Program-made: the position numbers and the translations under genes
The notes under the pieces: model-generated
What the model saw: only the letters and a program-made list of their open reading frames with translations
Told to the model about the DNA's origin: nothing
Databases searched by the model: none
Assembly (NCBI RefSeq): GCF_001194135.2
Contig: NC_068993.1
Span: 57,136,968 to 57,200,967, forward strand
DNA length: 64,000 nucleotides
Source of the DNA: Octopus bimaculoides
Taxonomy: Eukaryota
Direction of reading: 5' to 3'
Part shown: positions 39,219 to 51,052 of the stretch, in pieces
Numbering within the stretch: the stretch's first letter is position 1
Layout of the letters: every line of letters starts with the position of its first letter

Positions 39219-40339
39219 TGGTATATATATACATTGCTGATATGTACAAACATCGGCAGAGAGTGATCTAAATGATAAATCTCTGTTCTCGAACGAAATA
39301 CTCTTTTGATACTTTTCAGTCACCATTGTACATTCAACATTCAGTTTTCACTGTCTGCACCGAAAGTGTCGTAGACTTTACCTTTCTGCCTTCCTGGTTG
39401 GTAAATGCAGTACCAGTGTAGGACTAGAGTTTTTGTAGTCGACGACAAATCCTTCTCTAAATTTCAGACATTGTGCCTGTATTATATAAATTATTATTGC
39501 TGTTATTGTTCTTATTTGTATCAAAATATCACAGTGTTTTACCCATTTAAGAATGTACAGGATTTACGAAATAGCAGTTGTTGACCTTAACTTTATCTTC
39601 ATTTGAAACATATGGTTCGTATATATTGGAATATTCGGTGGAAAAAATATTCACTAATTGCTCGAAAATGAAGAGTTTTGAAATCCTCGGTTTAATACAT
39701 GTATTGAATGGTTGACTGAAGCGGGTCATGTTCCTTTAGTTGAAGAAATCTGGCATGTGCTGCCTAGAGATAATTATTTTCTATAATGAAATTTCTGAAA
39801 TAGGGAACAGAAATAGAGGATAAATTTACTTGTAAAATTAATGAACATTCATAAATTGATTTTATGATCTTGTTTTAATACTCCTCTTGAAAGGCAAGTA
39901 TTTATATAACCATCCTCTTGGGAGACCTATTGAGAAAGGGAACCTGACCACTGGATCTGCTAGAAAGTGCAACCATATTGAAGGGAAATCACGAATTACA
40001 GTCTTGACAACCGAGAGACTGGTTATTGTATTTCTCTTTTTACTGGAAATAAAAAGAAAAAAGTAAAAGGAAAGCGCTATTGTTATGAGTTCAAAGACTT
40101 GAAACATTGATCAACTCCATTAAAGATGGCATAGAACCAGACAAAAACAACTACATCATTTCTTTTCATTTTTTCGGTCTCAGTGACAGTGATGGATACA
40201 AGGCACGTATAAAGCTCTGTCACAAAGGATATTATCATCTTTAGGTCAGTTTCATGTTTCTTTAAAATTAGCGCTACCGACACTGTAGGTTATCTAAGCA
40301 GGAAAATAGATTCATGTCTAAACTGATTTAGTCTATAAC

Positions 40340-40582
40340 TTCGGTTTTAAATTTTAGCACAATGCCAGCAATTTCGGGTCATGATGTAAGTCAATTACAT
40401 CAATCACAGTGTTCAACTGGTACTCATGGTATCGACACGGAAAAGATAAAAGGCAGAGTCGACCCCAGCGGAATTTGAGCCAAGAACGTAAAGACAGATG
40501 AACTGCCGCCAAGAACGTAAAAACAAAAAGCCACTAGGTTTCTTACCCGGTGTGGTAATGACTCAGCATGCACGCCGCCTTA
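40340..40582 (-). mobile_element. SINE family B, decayed
   Basis: ttttagcacaatgccagcaattt...gagtcgaccccagcggaatttgagc; short internal duplication of ccaagaacgtaaa. Confidence 0.75.
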
Positions 40583-41090
40583 GTTTGGTTCACAAAGTAG
40601 GGCTCAAATTCTGATAGATAACAATTGACGAGTGTACGGTCAGTTGTAACAAGAGATGTACGAAACTTTTGTTTGTTAAATGGCTAAAGGTTTATGAATC
40701 CAAGCAACGTTATAATTTAAGCATATCTCAAGAAAACAACTGTTTGTGAAGAAGAAATTAATAAGTGGTCAAAGACTGGGTTAAAATATAATCAAAAGTC
40801 TTGACAACTATGTAACAAGACAGCAAGGTAACTAGGAAAAATCAATAATAGAAATAACAGCAACGTTCACTTATATAGAACAAAAGAAATACAAGAACAA
40901 CATAAAAAGATAGACATCAACAATAATAAAATGAAAAGTATTAGACGGCATGCAAAAAATAGCAGCTATATTAATTTCAGATCACTCCTTTCCGCCTTTA
41001 ATGATAAAAAACTAATTGGATAATATGAGAACTGATGTTTAAGAAAAATAATTCACACAAAGTTTAGGGATGGAATATCTTCAGGGAGAT

Positions 41091-41290
41091 TTCTTAGTTC
41101 TTAGTCCATCCCGCGTCTGGTGGCGCATTGGGCAGACAACATTCTCCGCTGATCTCTATCGGCAGCCTCTCTCTCGATGTTTTCCCATTTTCTGTTTATT
41201 ACTGCTATGTCTGCTTTGAACGATCTGCACCATGTTGTTTTTTTTTGTCTTCCTCTCTTTCCCTTTCCGCCATGGTGTTTTTACAGAAAA
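41091..41290 (-). mobile_element. RTE-clade LINE 3' end
   Basis: Minus frame GKGKRGRQKKTTWCRSFKADIAVINRKWENIEREAADRDQRRMLSAQCATRRGMD* (stop 41101-41103), matching the RTE C-terminus (GKRxRGRPKxTW...A.DR..WR...ALCA), then a short TAAGAAC-type tail. Confidence 0.8.
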
Positions 41291-41540
41291 TATCCATGAA
41301 GCAGTTTATCGGGGCATAGTTCGTAAAGGGTTTACTTCTCCAATACTGCAGTAGAAATTTTCATCTGAGTGTACTGGAGCAAACAATATAAACTGCCCTG
41401 CTCAATAACACTACGTGCCACATGAGCGGGGTGGGGGAGTGCATATACATCCACTCAATCATTAACCCAACAACTAACCGAGTAGCAGAGACGACTTGGC
41501 TTTTAAGTTATGCCTCATTACCATATATATTTATACATAC

Positions 41541-41585
<45 letters not shown>

Positions 41586-42532
41586 AATACATATATATAC
41601 ATATATATATATATATANNNNNNNNNNNNNNNNNNNNNNNNNNNNNNNNNNNNNNNNNNNNNNNNNNNNNNNNNNNNNNNNNNNNNNNNNNNNNNNNNNN
41701 NNNNNNNNNNNNNNNNNNNNNNNNNNNNNNNNNNNNNNNNNNNNNNNNNNNNNNNNNNNNNNNNNNNNNNNNNNNNNNNNNNNNNNNNNNNNNNNNNNNN
41801 NNNNNNNNNNNNNNNNNNNNNNNNNNNNNNNNNNNNNNNNNNNTATACATATATGTTCAGTAATATCACTGCATTTCAGATAGCTAATCTAAATTTAGGC
41901 TTTTGATAAGATTATCAGATAAGGAAAATAGCCTAATCTATTAACGCCAAGCATATAACTTAATTCAAAAAGCGCCCTTCGTACGTCAAAATGTACCCGG
42001 TTGCGGGAAATGCCAGATGTTGTTTATTCTTGCTTGCATATTTCTGGAATCCAAGTTACCATAAAACCGAAACACACTTAAAATTCATTTTTCGGTATCT
42101 GGAACATTCCAATCAGCCATCTGTTTAATTCTCTAACTCATAATGATACGCCATATTTTCCCTTTCCATTGTCCAAATATTCTGTAGTTTCAATATTCTT
42201 GGTTTAACGTGATTGAAGCATCGGACTACTATTGGTTGATTCTCCAGGCAGGCATCTAATTACGATGTACTCTGTGCGTGCGCGCGCGCATGTATACTTA
42301 TGTGTGTGTGGGTTTGTGCGCGCGCGCGCTTATGATTCTTCAAATCTCAATCAAAAACTTGTACGCTTCTTATAGACTACTTCAATATGTACGATTCTTT
42401 CTTATCATATCTCAGTTCAAACCAAAGTCACTTTGTTGGTGTATTTATCATGTATGCATCTAAGTCTTCCCATTTTGTTTGGAGTTTGTTGTATATATGT
42501 ATGTGCATACAGATGTGGATATACATATATAT

Positions 42533-42568
<36 letters not shown>

Positions 42569-42589
42569 GTATTTAAATGTACTTAGTTA

Positions 42590-42782
42590 CGTATACATAA
42601 TACTGATATATATATATATATATATACATTAGCATGTAGATGTACCTACGTATACTTAAATACATACATATAAATATATATATATACATACATACATGCT
42701 CATATATAAATATGTATATATATATACATACATATATATATATATATATACATGCATATACACACACACATATATACATATA

Positions 42783-42850
<68 letters not shown>
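42590..42850. repeat. (TA)n/(CATA) compound tract
   Basis: Seen directly. Confidence 0.95.
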
Positions 42851-42854
<4 letters not shown>

Positions 42855-43104
42855 GCACACAAACTGATGTATATTGTACACATACATGCTAAAGATAATT
42901 TGAAGAAATGGAAATAATACAACTCCTTCCAGACATTTAAACACTCAAACCTATTTTATGTTACTTCGCCTTTATACAAAGTTGTATAAGTCATCTGAAA
43001 GTTTAAACAATGAGAAGGATGCGCACAGACAACACATGCTGTAAGCATATCACTAATCTTTTGTTCTTCTGTCTTATGTCAGCAGAATGGAACGTGCAGT
43101 GATA

Positions 43105-43266
43105 TTACAATATTCTATTCTAGTCTACACGACCTTGAAAATTTTGGGGCGAACGGGGTATGTCGATTACATTGACTCCAGTACGCAACTGATATTTATA
43201 TTATCTTCTACGAAAGGGTGAACGGCAAAGTCTATCTCAGCGAAATGAACTCAGAATGTGAAGACA
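43105..43266 (-). mobile_element. SINE family B, 3' portion
   Basis: gtcgattacattgactccagtacgcaactg...ggcaaagtc...gaactcagaatgtgaagacag. Confidence 0.75.
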
Positions 43267-43267
43267 G

Positions 43268-43403
43268 AGCTCAAATTCCACCGAGTTTGACTTTGTCTTT
43301 CAACCTTTCTGGGTCTGTAAATTAAGTACCAATTGCGCCGCTCTAATCGACTGGCCCACCTCCCACAAAATTTCGAGCTTTGTGCCTAGAGTAGAAAAAA
43401 ATA
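43268..43403 (+). mobile_element. SINE family B, 5'-truncated
   Basis: gagctcaaattccaccgag...aaattaagtaccaattgcg...ttgtgcctagagtagaaaaaaata. Confidence 0.8.
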
Positions 43404-43566
43404 TTCACGCATTTTAGTCGATTTTTGTGTTCGTTTGTTTTTTGTTTTTTTTTTTACATTTTTGGTGCATCGGGGTACACCGATTTATACCTCTATGCGC
43501 GAACATAAAGATATATAAAGCTGTACATCTTTTATTCCTTTGATGTTCCACTTGTTTCAGTCGCTG

Positions 43567-43770
43567 CACGGAACTGGATCTTTGACAGAACTGCATCGTT
43601 GACAGAACTGGATCGTTGATAAAACTGGATGGTTGAGGGAACTGGATCTTTGACGGAATGGGATCGTTGACGAAACTGGATCTTTGACGGAACTGGATCG
43701 TTGACGGAACTGGATATTTGACGGAACTGGATCGTTGTCGAACCTGGATCGTTGATAAAACTGGATATTT
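43567..43770. repeat. 17-bp minisatellite, 12 units (consensus GACGGAACTGGATCGTT)
   Basis: Counted directly: 12 x 17 = 204 bp, no indels, no spacers. Confidence 0.95.
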
Positions 43771-43964
43771 GTATGAATAAAATCAATCTGCCGAGAGCGA
43801 AGACGGTTTCCTTTTATCAGTCTTTAGTTACATCATGTTCTTTCATCTGAAGCTACAGAAAACGGTGCTTGCCCAAGAAAAGAAGCATCCAATTTGGAAT
43901 CAGGAACTCATGGATACTCACAGAACTTGTTAACGAATGAACTATATTGCACCTGCATATATTA

Positions 43965-44187
43965 TACAAGGATGTGCTGAAAAAATTCCTGGCTTTCGGT
44001 AAAAGAAAATACAGGACAATCCGTTAATTATGATTTTATTCAACATATTCCGCTTTCAAATTCACACACTCCATTGCAGAGGTCTATCAGTTTTTCTAAG
44101 CTCTGTAAAAGAGCTCAGAAGCTTGGGCCTACAACCAGGCCTTTTGCTATACACTTAGAGCCAGGAAACTTTCAGAAAACATCTGTC
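43965..44187. mobile_element. Mariner-derived MITE
   Basis: Imperfect TIRs TA-caaggatgtgctgaaaaaattcctggct and agccaggaaactttcagaaaacatctg; the internal minus strand encodes CVNLKAEYVE*, like the mariner C-terminus. Confidence 0.7.
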
Positions 44188-44595
44188 TCTCTGAAATTAT
44201 ATATCACAAAGATAATACATTATTATGTCGGCAACTATGCTTCAAAACAAACGAATATCTGAGAATTGCGGCACTTTTTAATGAGCGTACGACTTCTTGA
44301 GGTAGGATCTATATATATCGGCATCACTCCTATGGTATTTCAGCTAATCTTTTAACGCTCTGAGTTCAAAATCCTACCGAGGCCTCAATTCCTTCTTAAT
44401 ATTTCTGTACCAGTTATGTATTAAAGTCGTTTTAATCAAATGCCACTACAACGTTTGACTTTGTGTCTCGTATACAGGAAATCTAAAAAATTAATATACA
44501 TATATTACCAGGTATCTTTAGCGTTTACGTCTTCATCTGTGTTACGAGGGCGTCAGTCTACATTCATAATCAATGGTGGTATTTCTGAGTAACTG

Positions 44596-44806
44596 GAGAC
44601 GGCGAGCTGGCGGAATCCTTAGCACACAGGGCAAAATGCTTAGCGGCATTTCGTCCGATCTCAGGTCACGAGTGCAAATCCCGACGAGGTCGCCTTTGCC
44701 ATTCATCCTTTCGAAGTCAATAAAGTAATTGCCCCTTAATAACTGGGGTCAATGTAATTGACTTACTCCCTTCCTCAAAATCTCTGGCGTTGAACCAACA
44801 TCTGAA
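44596..44806 (+). mobile_element. SINE family B, full length
   Basis: gacggcgagctggcggaatc...aaatgcttagcggcatttcgtcc...ctggggtcaatgtaattgac. Confidence 0.85.
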
Positions 44807-44869
44807 CTCAATATTTCTGGGTAACTTACCCGGTCTTAGACAAGATACGACACGTACTATGCATATAAA

Positions 44870-45062
44870 TATTGGTTTCAAATTTTAGCCCAATGCCAGC
44901 AATTCCGAAGGTGAATGAAAGTTGATTAAATCGAGCGCAATACTTAAATAGTGCTTATTTTATCCACCCCGAAGTACAAAAAGCAAAGTGGAATTTGAAC
45001 ACAGAACATACGAAATACCTCTAATCATTTTCCCCGACTTGCTAACGCTTCTTCCCACCTTA
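44870..45062 (-). mobile_element. SINE family B, decayed
   Basis: aaattttagcccaatgccagcaatt...gcaaagtggaatttgaacacagaac...gctaacgc. Confidence 0.7.
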
Positions 45063-45455
45063 GCATATATATAAATGGTGAAAATTACGCACTTAAAATG
45101 TTGGGTTAATGGTTCCGTATATTACAATCTAGACTGACACTAAGTTCGAAAGTCCAAGAGACCATGGGGAGAAATAAAAAAACAGACATGATAAATCTTA
45201 ACATATCAGTTATGCCAGGTTAGATTTTAATAATTCCTTTTTTCCAAAATATTCTTTTTTAAGTGGCTGATCTTCCAAGTTCTTCCAGTTTAATTCTTTC
45301 TTTTCTGTTTCAATCTTTGGTTATATATTTATTTTGAGCTTCTTTGATATTATAAACAGATGTGACGGATATGTTGTCGTCTATTTTAACTCTCCGAAAG
45401 AAATTCTATACACTGGCACTGATGCAGACGCTGACACTGACACACAGACAAAGGC

Positions 45456-45729
45456 AAGTATGTATGTATGTATGCATGTATGTATGCACGCATGCATGTA
45501 TGTATGTATGTATGTATGAATGTATGTATGCATGTATGTAGGTATGCATGTATGTATGTATGTATGCATGTATGTATGTATGCATGTATGTATGTATGCA
45601 TGTATGTATGTATATATGTATGCATGTATGTATGTATGTATGCATGTATGTATGTATGTATGCATGTATGTATGTATGCATGTATGTATGTATGCATGTA
45701 TGTATGTATGCATGTATGCATGTATGTAT
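45456..45729. repeat. (TATG)n with interspersed CATG units
   Basis: Seen directly. Confidence 0.95.
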
Positions 45730-45775
45730 GACCCTTTCTGGAACGATAACTGTAAACTACTTGATAAATTCGAGG

Positions 45776-45815
<40 letters not shown>

Positions 45816-45874
45816 NNNNNNNNNNNNNNNNNNNNNNNNNNNNNNNNNNNNNNNNNNNNNNNGTTGTGAGTATT

Positions 45875-45955
45875 TATTGAAACAAAACACCTAAAGCTCC
45901 ATGAGGCTAGGAATAGGAAATGGTGGCGAACCCTGCTGAACTCTTTCACCACAAA
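45875..45955 (+). mobile_element. SINE family A internal fragment
   Basis: aaacacctaaagctccatgaggct...tggtggcgaaccctgctg.actctttcaccacaa matches 3240-3310. Confidence 0.75.
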
Positions 45956-46009
45956 TATCCTTCATGTTAACGGTTCTGCCAGCTAACCACCCCGATGTAA
46001 TTTAATATT

Positions 46010-46121
46010 GCAATGTATTTTTTCATCCTTTCGGGGTCACCATTTGCGTACTGGGGTCGAGCTAATCGACTGGCCCCTCCCACAAAATTTCGGGCGTTGT
46101 TCCTAGAGTAGAAAAGAATAT
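46010..46121 (+). mobile_element. SINE family B, 3' half
   Basis: ttcatcctttcggggtc...gcgtactggggtcga...ctagagtagaaaagaatatt. Confidence 0.8.
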
Positions 46122-46784
46122 TGAAATGTATTTTGTCCACCACTTTATGGAGTCTATCATTACAACGTCTCCCATAAATCTCTCTTTCAATATTAACATC
46201 TCTCCATGGACCAAACTGCAGTTAAAAAGAGCGCTATCGGGAAAGTAGAGGAACATTGGATAATACATCATATGAATAAAAAATATATGGTGTTCCCACT
46301 GAGATCACTTTTTGTCATAGGCTTTCTTTTCGAAGGATCTGTAGTCGAGCTTAGCAAAAACAGCAAGAACTCTCTCGCCAGCACTTGTCGTCGCATATCT
46401 TGCAACACCCAATTCCACAATTACAGATGGTTAACCTGCTAGGCAAGCGGTCAGCTGTAAAACGAAGTTCATCCGTCACTTAGTGAAAAATGTCAGAAAA
46501 ACCTCGTTCCTGGCTTCAGCAGCCGGGTTTCCCAATAATAGATGTCACCTATCATATCATTTGGTAGATTATATTTATATATCTCAAGCATAAAAAAGAT
46601 ATCTTCGAGCTTTAACAAGAGATATAGTCGCCCTTCAGAAGTAGATACCAGTATAGTACATAGATAAATCATAATCTTGGTTGTCGCATTTCTTTACTGA
46701 ATTTCATTCTATTAATTTCTTTCTTTTTACTTTGATGATACGAAAATAGAATTTTCTGGTAATGATGATAATGATAACGACGAT

Positions 46785-47073
46785 GGACTCTGTTGTCGAA
46801 GACGAGGGGTAAGCATTCGGCTTTTGCCGAACGGCCGGAACAAATGAACGTTTTATAGTGACCAAATGTTCGTGCTGTACATTAGTTCACTGCCTTCATC
46901 AAAGCGACGGTGTCTGAACGCGTGCATTCTGTGGCAGGCGTCAGGTGTCAAAGGGCTCCCAGAGCATCGTGCGACGAAGTGTTTCGCTCAAGAACCCAAC
47001 GCACCACGCGGTCTAGGAATTGAAATCACGATCGCTACGTCGTGACTGCACCACCATAACCACTAAGCATGCG
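46785..47073 (-). mobile_element. tRNA-derived SINE, family D
   Basis: Minus strand: gcatgcttagtggtta...gtgatttcaattcctagaccg...ttcttgagcgaaacac; tail ccctcgtcttcgacaacagagtcc resembles the family A tail. Confidence 0.65.
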
Positions 47074-47104
47074 AATAATAATAATAATAACAATAATAAT
47101 AATG

Positions 47105-47172
<68 letters not shown>
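47074..47172. repeat. (AAT)n microsatellite
   Basis: Seen directly. Confidence 0.95.
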
Positions 47173-47173
<1 letters not shown>

Positions 47174-47484
47174 TGAAAGAAGAAGATAAAATCAACAGCT
47201 CTGACGATTTAAAGTGGGAAATGCGTAGGTCGACGAAGAGAGTAGTGCAGTTGTGTTATACAGAGTTCCGTTTCAATAGTTGCAGAGCTAAACCTGTAAG
47301 AATAATATGAGCAGGAAGTACCTAACAGAGGGCTAATGTTCTGAGGAGAAAGACTGGGCCTAGTAGTTTATGGGGAGCCAACGCATACAACAAGAGTAAT
47401 GTTAATTGGGAAGAGATGAGGTCGGAATGGCTTAAGTACGCTCCTGGCCAGATTTGAGAGAGTTCATTATCTTATCGATAGTTT

Positions 47485-47670
47485 TAAGACGGCAAAGTAG
47501 GTCAGCGCCTTTTCGTTAGTCTTTATGATCTGGGTTCGAATTCTGCGGAATCCGACTTTGTTTTTTATCCTCCTACTACTCAATAAAACAAACACAAGTT
47601 GAGCACTGGGGTCGAGGAAATCAACACACGCCGCCCTCAAAAATTCAGGATCGCTAGTAGAAAGAATTAT
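47485..47670 (+). mobile_element. SINE family B, decayed
   Basis: ctgggttcgaattctgcgg...gactttg...ttgagcactggggtcga...tagtagaaagaattat. Confidence 0.65.
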
Positions 47671-48299
47671 TTAGTGATAGTAAAGGCAAAAAAACGAGAC
47701 AGCACAATTATAAGCCAAGGAAAAAGAGAGTGTCTGTTAGTAAATGAATGTCAATCAATCGAGTAATCCTTCTCTGGAAGCAATCTAGGATGTGTGTGGA
47801 CATGGTCGAAAAGGAATACATATAACTTACATGGATCATATAAAGTGTTTATATGCTTAAAATTACGCTATTATATATGAAATAGCAACATAAAATACAT
47901 GTCACAAATACAAAAGTTAAAATGAGTTTCGAGAATGACAAAAGAACTTCATATTTTGGAACATAATCCTACACATAGGCAGGGAGAGGAAAGAAAATTT
48001 CCCACGTGACATTTCCGATGTCCATTTTAACCAACGAAAATGTTGTCAGATCTCAAGGACATAGGTTCTTACTTAATATATAGAAACCGTCTATGAAAGT
48101 GCTTCTGCAAGGTTTCCCGCTTGCTAGGAATAACAACCAAATTATCTTTAAGGTACACCATATCAACATAGAAACAGAAAGACGCCTTCATACTATATTC
48201 TTTTGTATCGTATGCCTAGAAAAGTGGACGAGATGTTCGGATTTAAATTACATTTGATAATAGGTCCAGGCAAGGAAATTATCTTGAACATCAACATAA

Positions 48300-49350
48300 A
48301 CAGCTGTAATAACAAAGCAACAACAACAGCAGTAACAGCAACAACAATAGTAGAAGAAGCAGGAAATCGGAACTACAACAATAAATCAAATCAAGGATAA
48401 CAGATGCATCAAAATAGAGAAAACAGTATTTGTACACAATGGAGTTATATTACAAATTGTAATTTGAATACAATAGGAAAAACACGGAAGCAAAAGAAAG
48501 CAATCCATGAAGGGAGAGCAAACAGGGGCTGCACTGACTTGTGCAACAAAAGTAATCAATAAGAAATAAATTTGCTAGAAATAACAATCAAGTATCCGGC
48601 AAACCATGGCGTACCATTACAAAAAAAAGAGTTGACGCAATGGATAATATGTTCTTGTATGTATTATGGCTAGGAAAATCAAGTAGGGAAAAAACGGGAG
48701 GTTCATATCTGGAACGTCTTGATAATCAATGCTAACACAGAAGTCAACAGAAACAGCTGGAGCAGCAGCAATAGTAACAAACAGATACAGCAGCAATAGT
48801 AACATCAGAGTGTAGTACTAGGATGTATTGCAGTTATATTAGACGGAGGTGTTTGAATGCATTAGTAACATATGGACAGAAAACAGGACAATTCATATAC
48901 ATGGAGTTTCTGGTTTCTGCAAAAGAAAGCAATAATAATCGGACACGCTGGAAATAACGGCCAAACCTCCCTCAGATCATACCATGCAGTTAGAAAAATG
49001 ATATGGAATGACGTACCGCATAATGTATTCTTATGGATTCTACGGTAAGAAAAAAAATGTAAGACACGAGATGCTCACAGCTGGAATTCCTTTGACAATG
49101 AATGGTAATTTGGATTTATATATATATCAAAAATACAAGTGTAAAAACAACAAAAACAACAACAGCAGCAGTAACTTTAATGATGGCAACAGCAGCAGTA
49201 ACATACAGAAAGTAGTTTCTTGTAGGTACCTGCAGTTGTGTTATACAGAGTATTTTGAATAGAAGAGAAAAACACGGAAGCTAAACAAGGCAATTCATGC
49301 ACACGGAGCTGTGTTGGTTTGTGCAGCAAAAGCTAGAAATAACAATAGGA
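48300..49350. repeat. Degenerate tandem array, period ~390-400 bp, three units
   Basis: Each unit is a CAA/CAG tract followed by gttata..tttgaat (48463, 48852, 49254) ..aaaaca(c)gga..caat(c/t)cat..tgca..aaaag. Confidence 0.6.
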
Positions 49351-49749
49351 CTACAGAGCAAAACGACAAAGCAAAAACAAAAGCAAAACAATGAATTGTG
49401 GTTCAAACTTTCCTGAACAAAAAGCAGAAACGGGAAGTCTGATTTTAGCTGCACTGGATCAATGCTTAGAAACAAATAACTGTAATTTCAAAAGGTTTAC
49501 ACAAAATGCAGAAAATGCAATAAATACAATGAATAAAATGATATTATGTTGGACTTTGCAAGGCAAGGCTGAGCATATCTACAGATACGATCAAATCATC
49601 AGTTATATGCTGGGATGTTATATTTTCCCTTCTATTTCTTCGATTATTATGGTCAGGGGAAAATGGCTACTTCTTTTGATACAGTTGTCTGGCATTAAAA
49701 TTTTCATTCTGATAAAATCAAATATGTAAAGATTTTAAGTGTTATTAAG

Positions 49750-50250
49750 TTAGAAAAGAATGGAAGAGCCGGCTGAAGACCAAACAAATTTCTCTCGGCC
49801 ACGATTTTAACGCCATTTTAAAGTTACACTTGAAAAGGAAATTGAAGGTTCAGATGAAATCGGACAAAAGGCTACTATACCTGTCTGTCGTCAAAGCTCT
49901 AGAGACGTTGCAACCTTACCAGGTCTCTGCACATCAGTTATAACGGCATATCTAGGACTCCATGCAACGGATTATGACAATAAACGCCCCGTCGGACTAA
50001 CGGAACTCCTCTCCACAGAAAGTGGAAAAGCAAACGCTCCACTTTAATCAGTCATGAAGCTGGGTAAGACAAGTTAGTCAGATGATTGTAGACGATGGAT
50101 TCAATGTAGGTATTCGCCAGTGCCACACTATCTTTTAGGGATAGATGCCTCTTGACCTTTTGTGTGGTGAGACTGGCCACTTCCCTACTCAACTTTCCTA
50201 GTTCTTCAGAATAAAGTTTGGTCAATTTTTAACACATTTAAACCTCAAAG
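49750..50250 (-). pseudogene. Decayed Tx1/L1-clade LINE ORF2 fragment (region after the RT domain)
   Basis: One minus frame: KRHLSLKDSVALANTYIESIVYNHLT..*LIKVERLLFHFLWRGVPLVRRGVYCHNPLHGVLDMP, matching the Tx1/L1 LSLxG..ANxxI and FxFLW..V.R..C..P..GGL..P motifs; in-frame stops. Confidence 0.8.
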
Positions 50251-50839
50251 GTGCGACAAACGAAACCGCGAGCACGCTCTGTGTTGTGGTAGGCTTTGAC
50301 AAATGCTATGCAACAAATTTTTGACAACTACCAACTTTTGAACATATAAACGAATGGAACAATCGTACGAACAACTCGAAGCAACATTTTGCTATTCCAC
50401 AACAAAAATACCAATACTCCTAACTTGGTGAACATTGAACATGAAAGAATGCTAATTCAATATTTCCATTGACGTTCTATCAAATAATAACGAACGGAAT
50501 AAAAGTTATTATAAAAATGTTCATGGATAACAGTAAATACATAAAATTGTTAGTGCAATTGTATCGGTTTTCTTCTGATGCTAAATAATAGCGCATTTGA
50601 AAAAATGTTCATAGTGCTCGGTGATTGCCACCATATGTAAATAAACTAACATAACACACATCAAATGACCACCGATCAAATCCGTATTCAATGTGTACAT
50701 ACCCTTGGAAGTTAATTGCTCGCTATAGCCATTTTCCGTCTGTGCGTTCCTTTTATAATCGTTTACTAGATGTGAGACTTTCATATTTTGTACATTTAAA
50801 AAAAATATTATTTGACACTCGTACTAAATTCAATATTCA

Positions 50840-51052
50840 AGTGCGAGCTGACAGAATTGGTAGCACGCCGGACAAAATGCTTAATGACATTTCGACCATC
50901 TTTACATTCTGATTTGAAATTCCGCTCTCGTCAATTTCGCTTTTCAACCTTTCGAGGTTGATAAAATATGTACAATTGCAATTCTTGGGTCGATGTAATC
51001 GAATTACAAGCTGCTCAAAATTACTGGCCTTGCATCAAAATTTGAAAGCAAT
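50840..51052 (+). mobile_element. SINE family B, full length
   Basis: gtgcgagctgacagaattggtagcacgccggacaaaatgctta...gtcgatgtaatcga...ggccttgcatcaaaatttgaaa. Confidence 0.85.

Noticed and set aside
42275-42335. Short (GC)n runs as a CpG island or Z-DNA element
   Set aside because: Too short; part of (GT)/(GC) microsatellite decay.
43567-43770. CRISPR-like array
   Set aside because: Units are contiguous with no spacers, the context is eukaryotic and there are no cas genes.
49811-50047. 78-codon start-less + strand open frame (LEKEIEGSDEIGQ...)
   Set aside because: It lies antisense to the Tx1/L1 relic, which explains the composition; no start codon or good splice sites.
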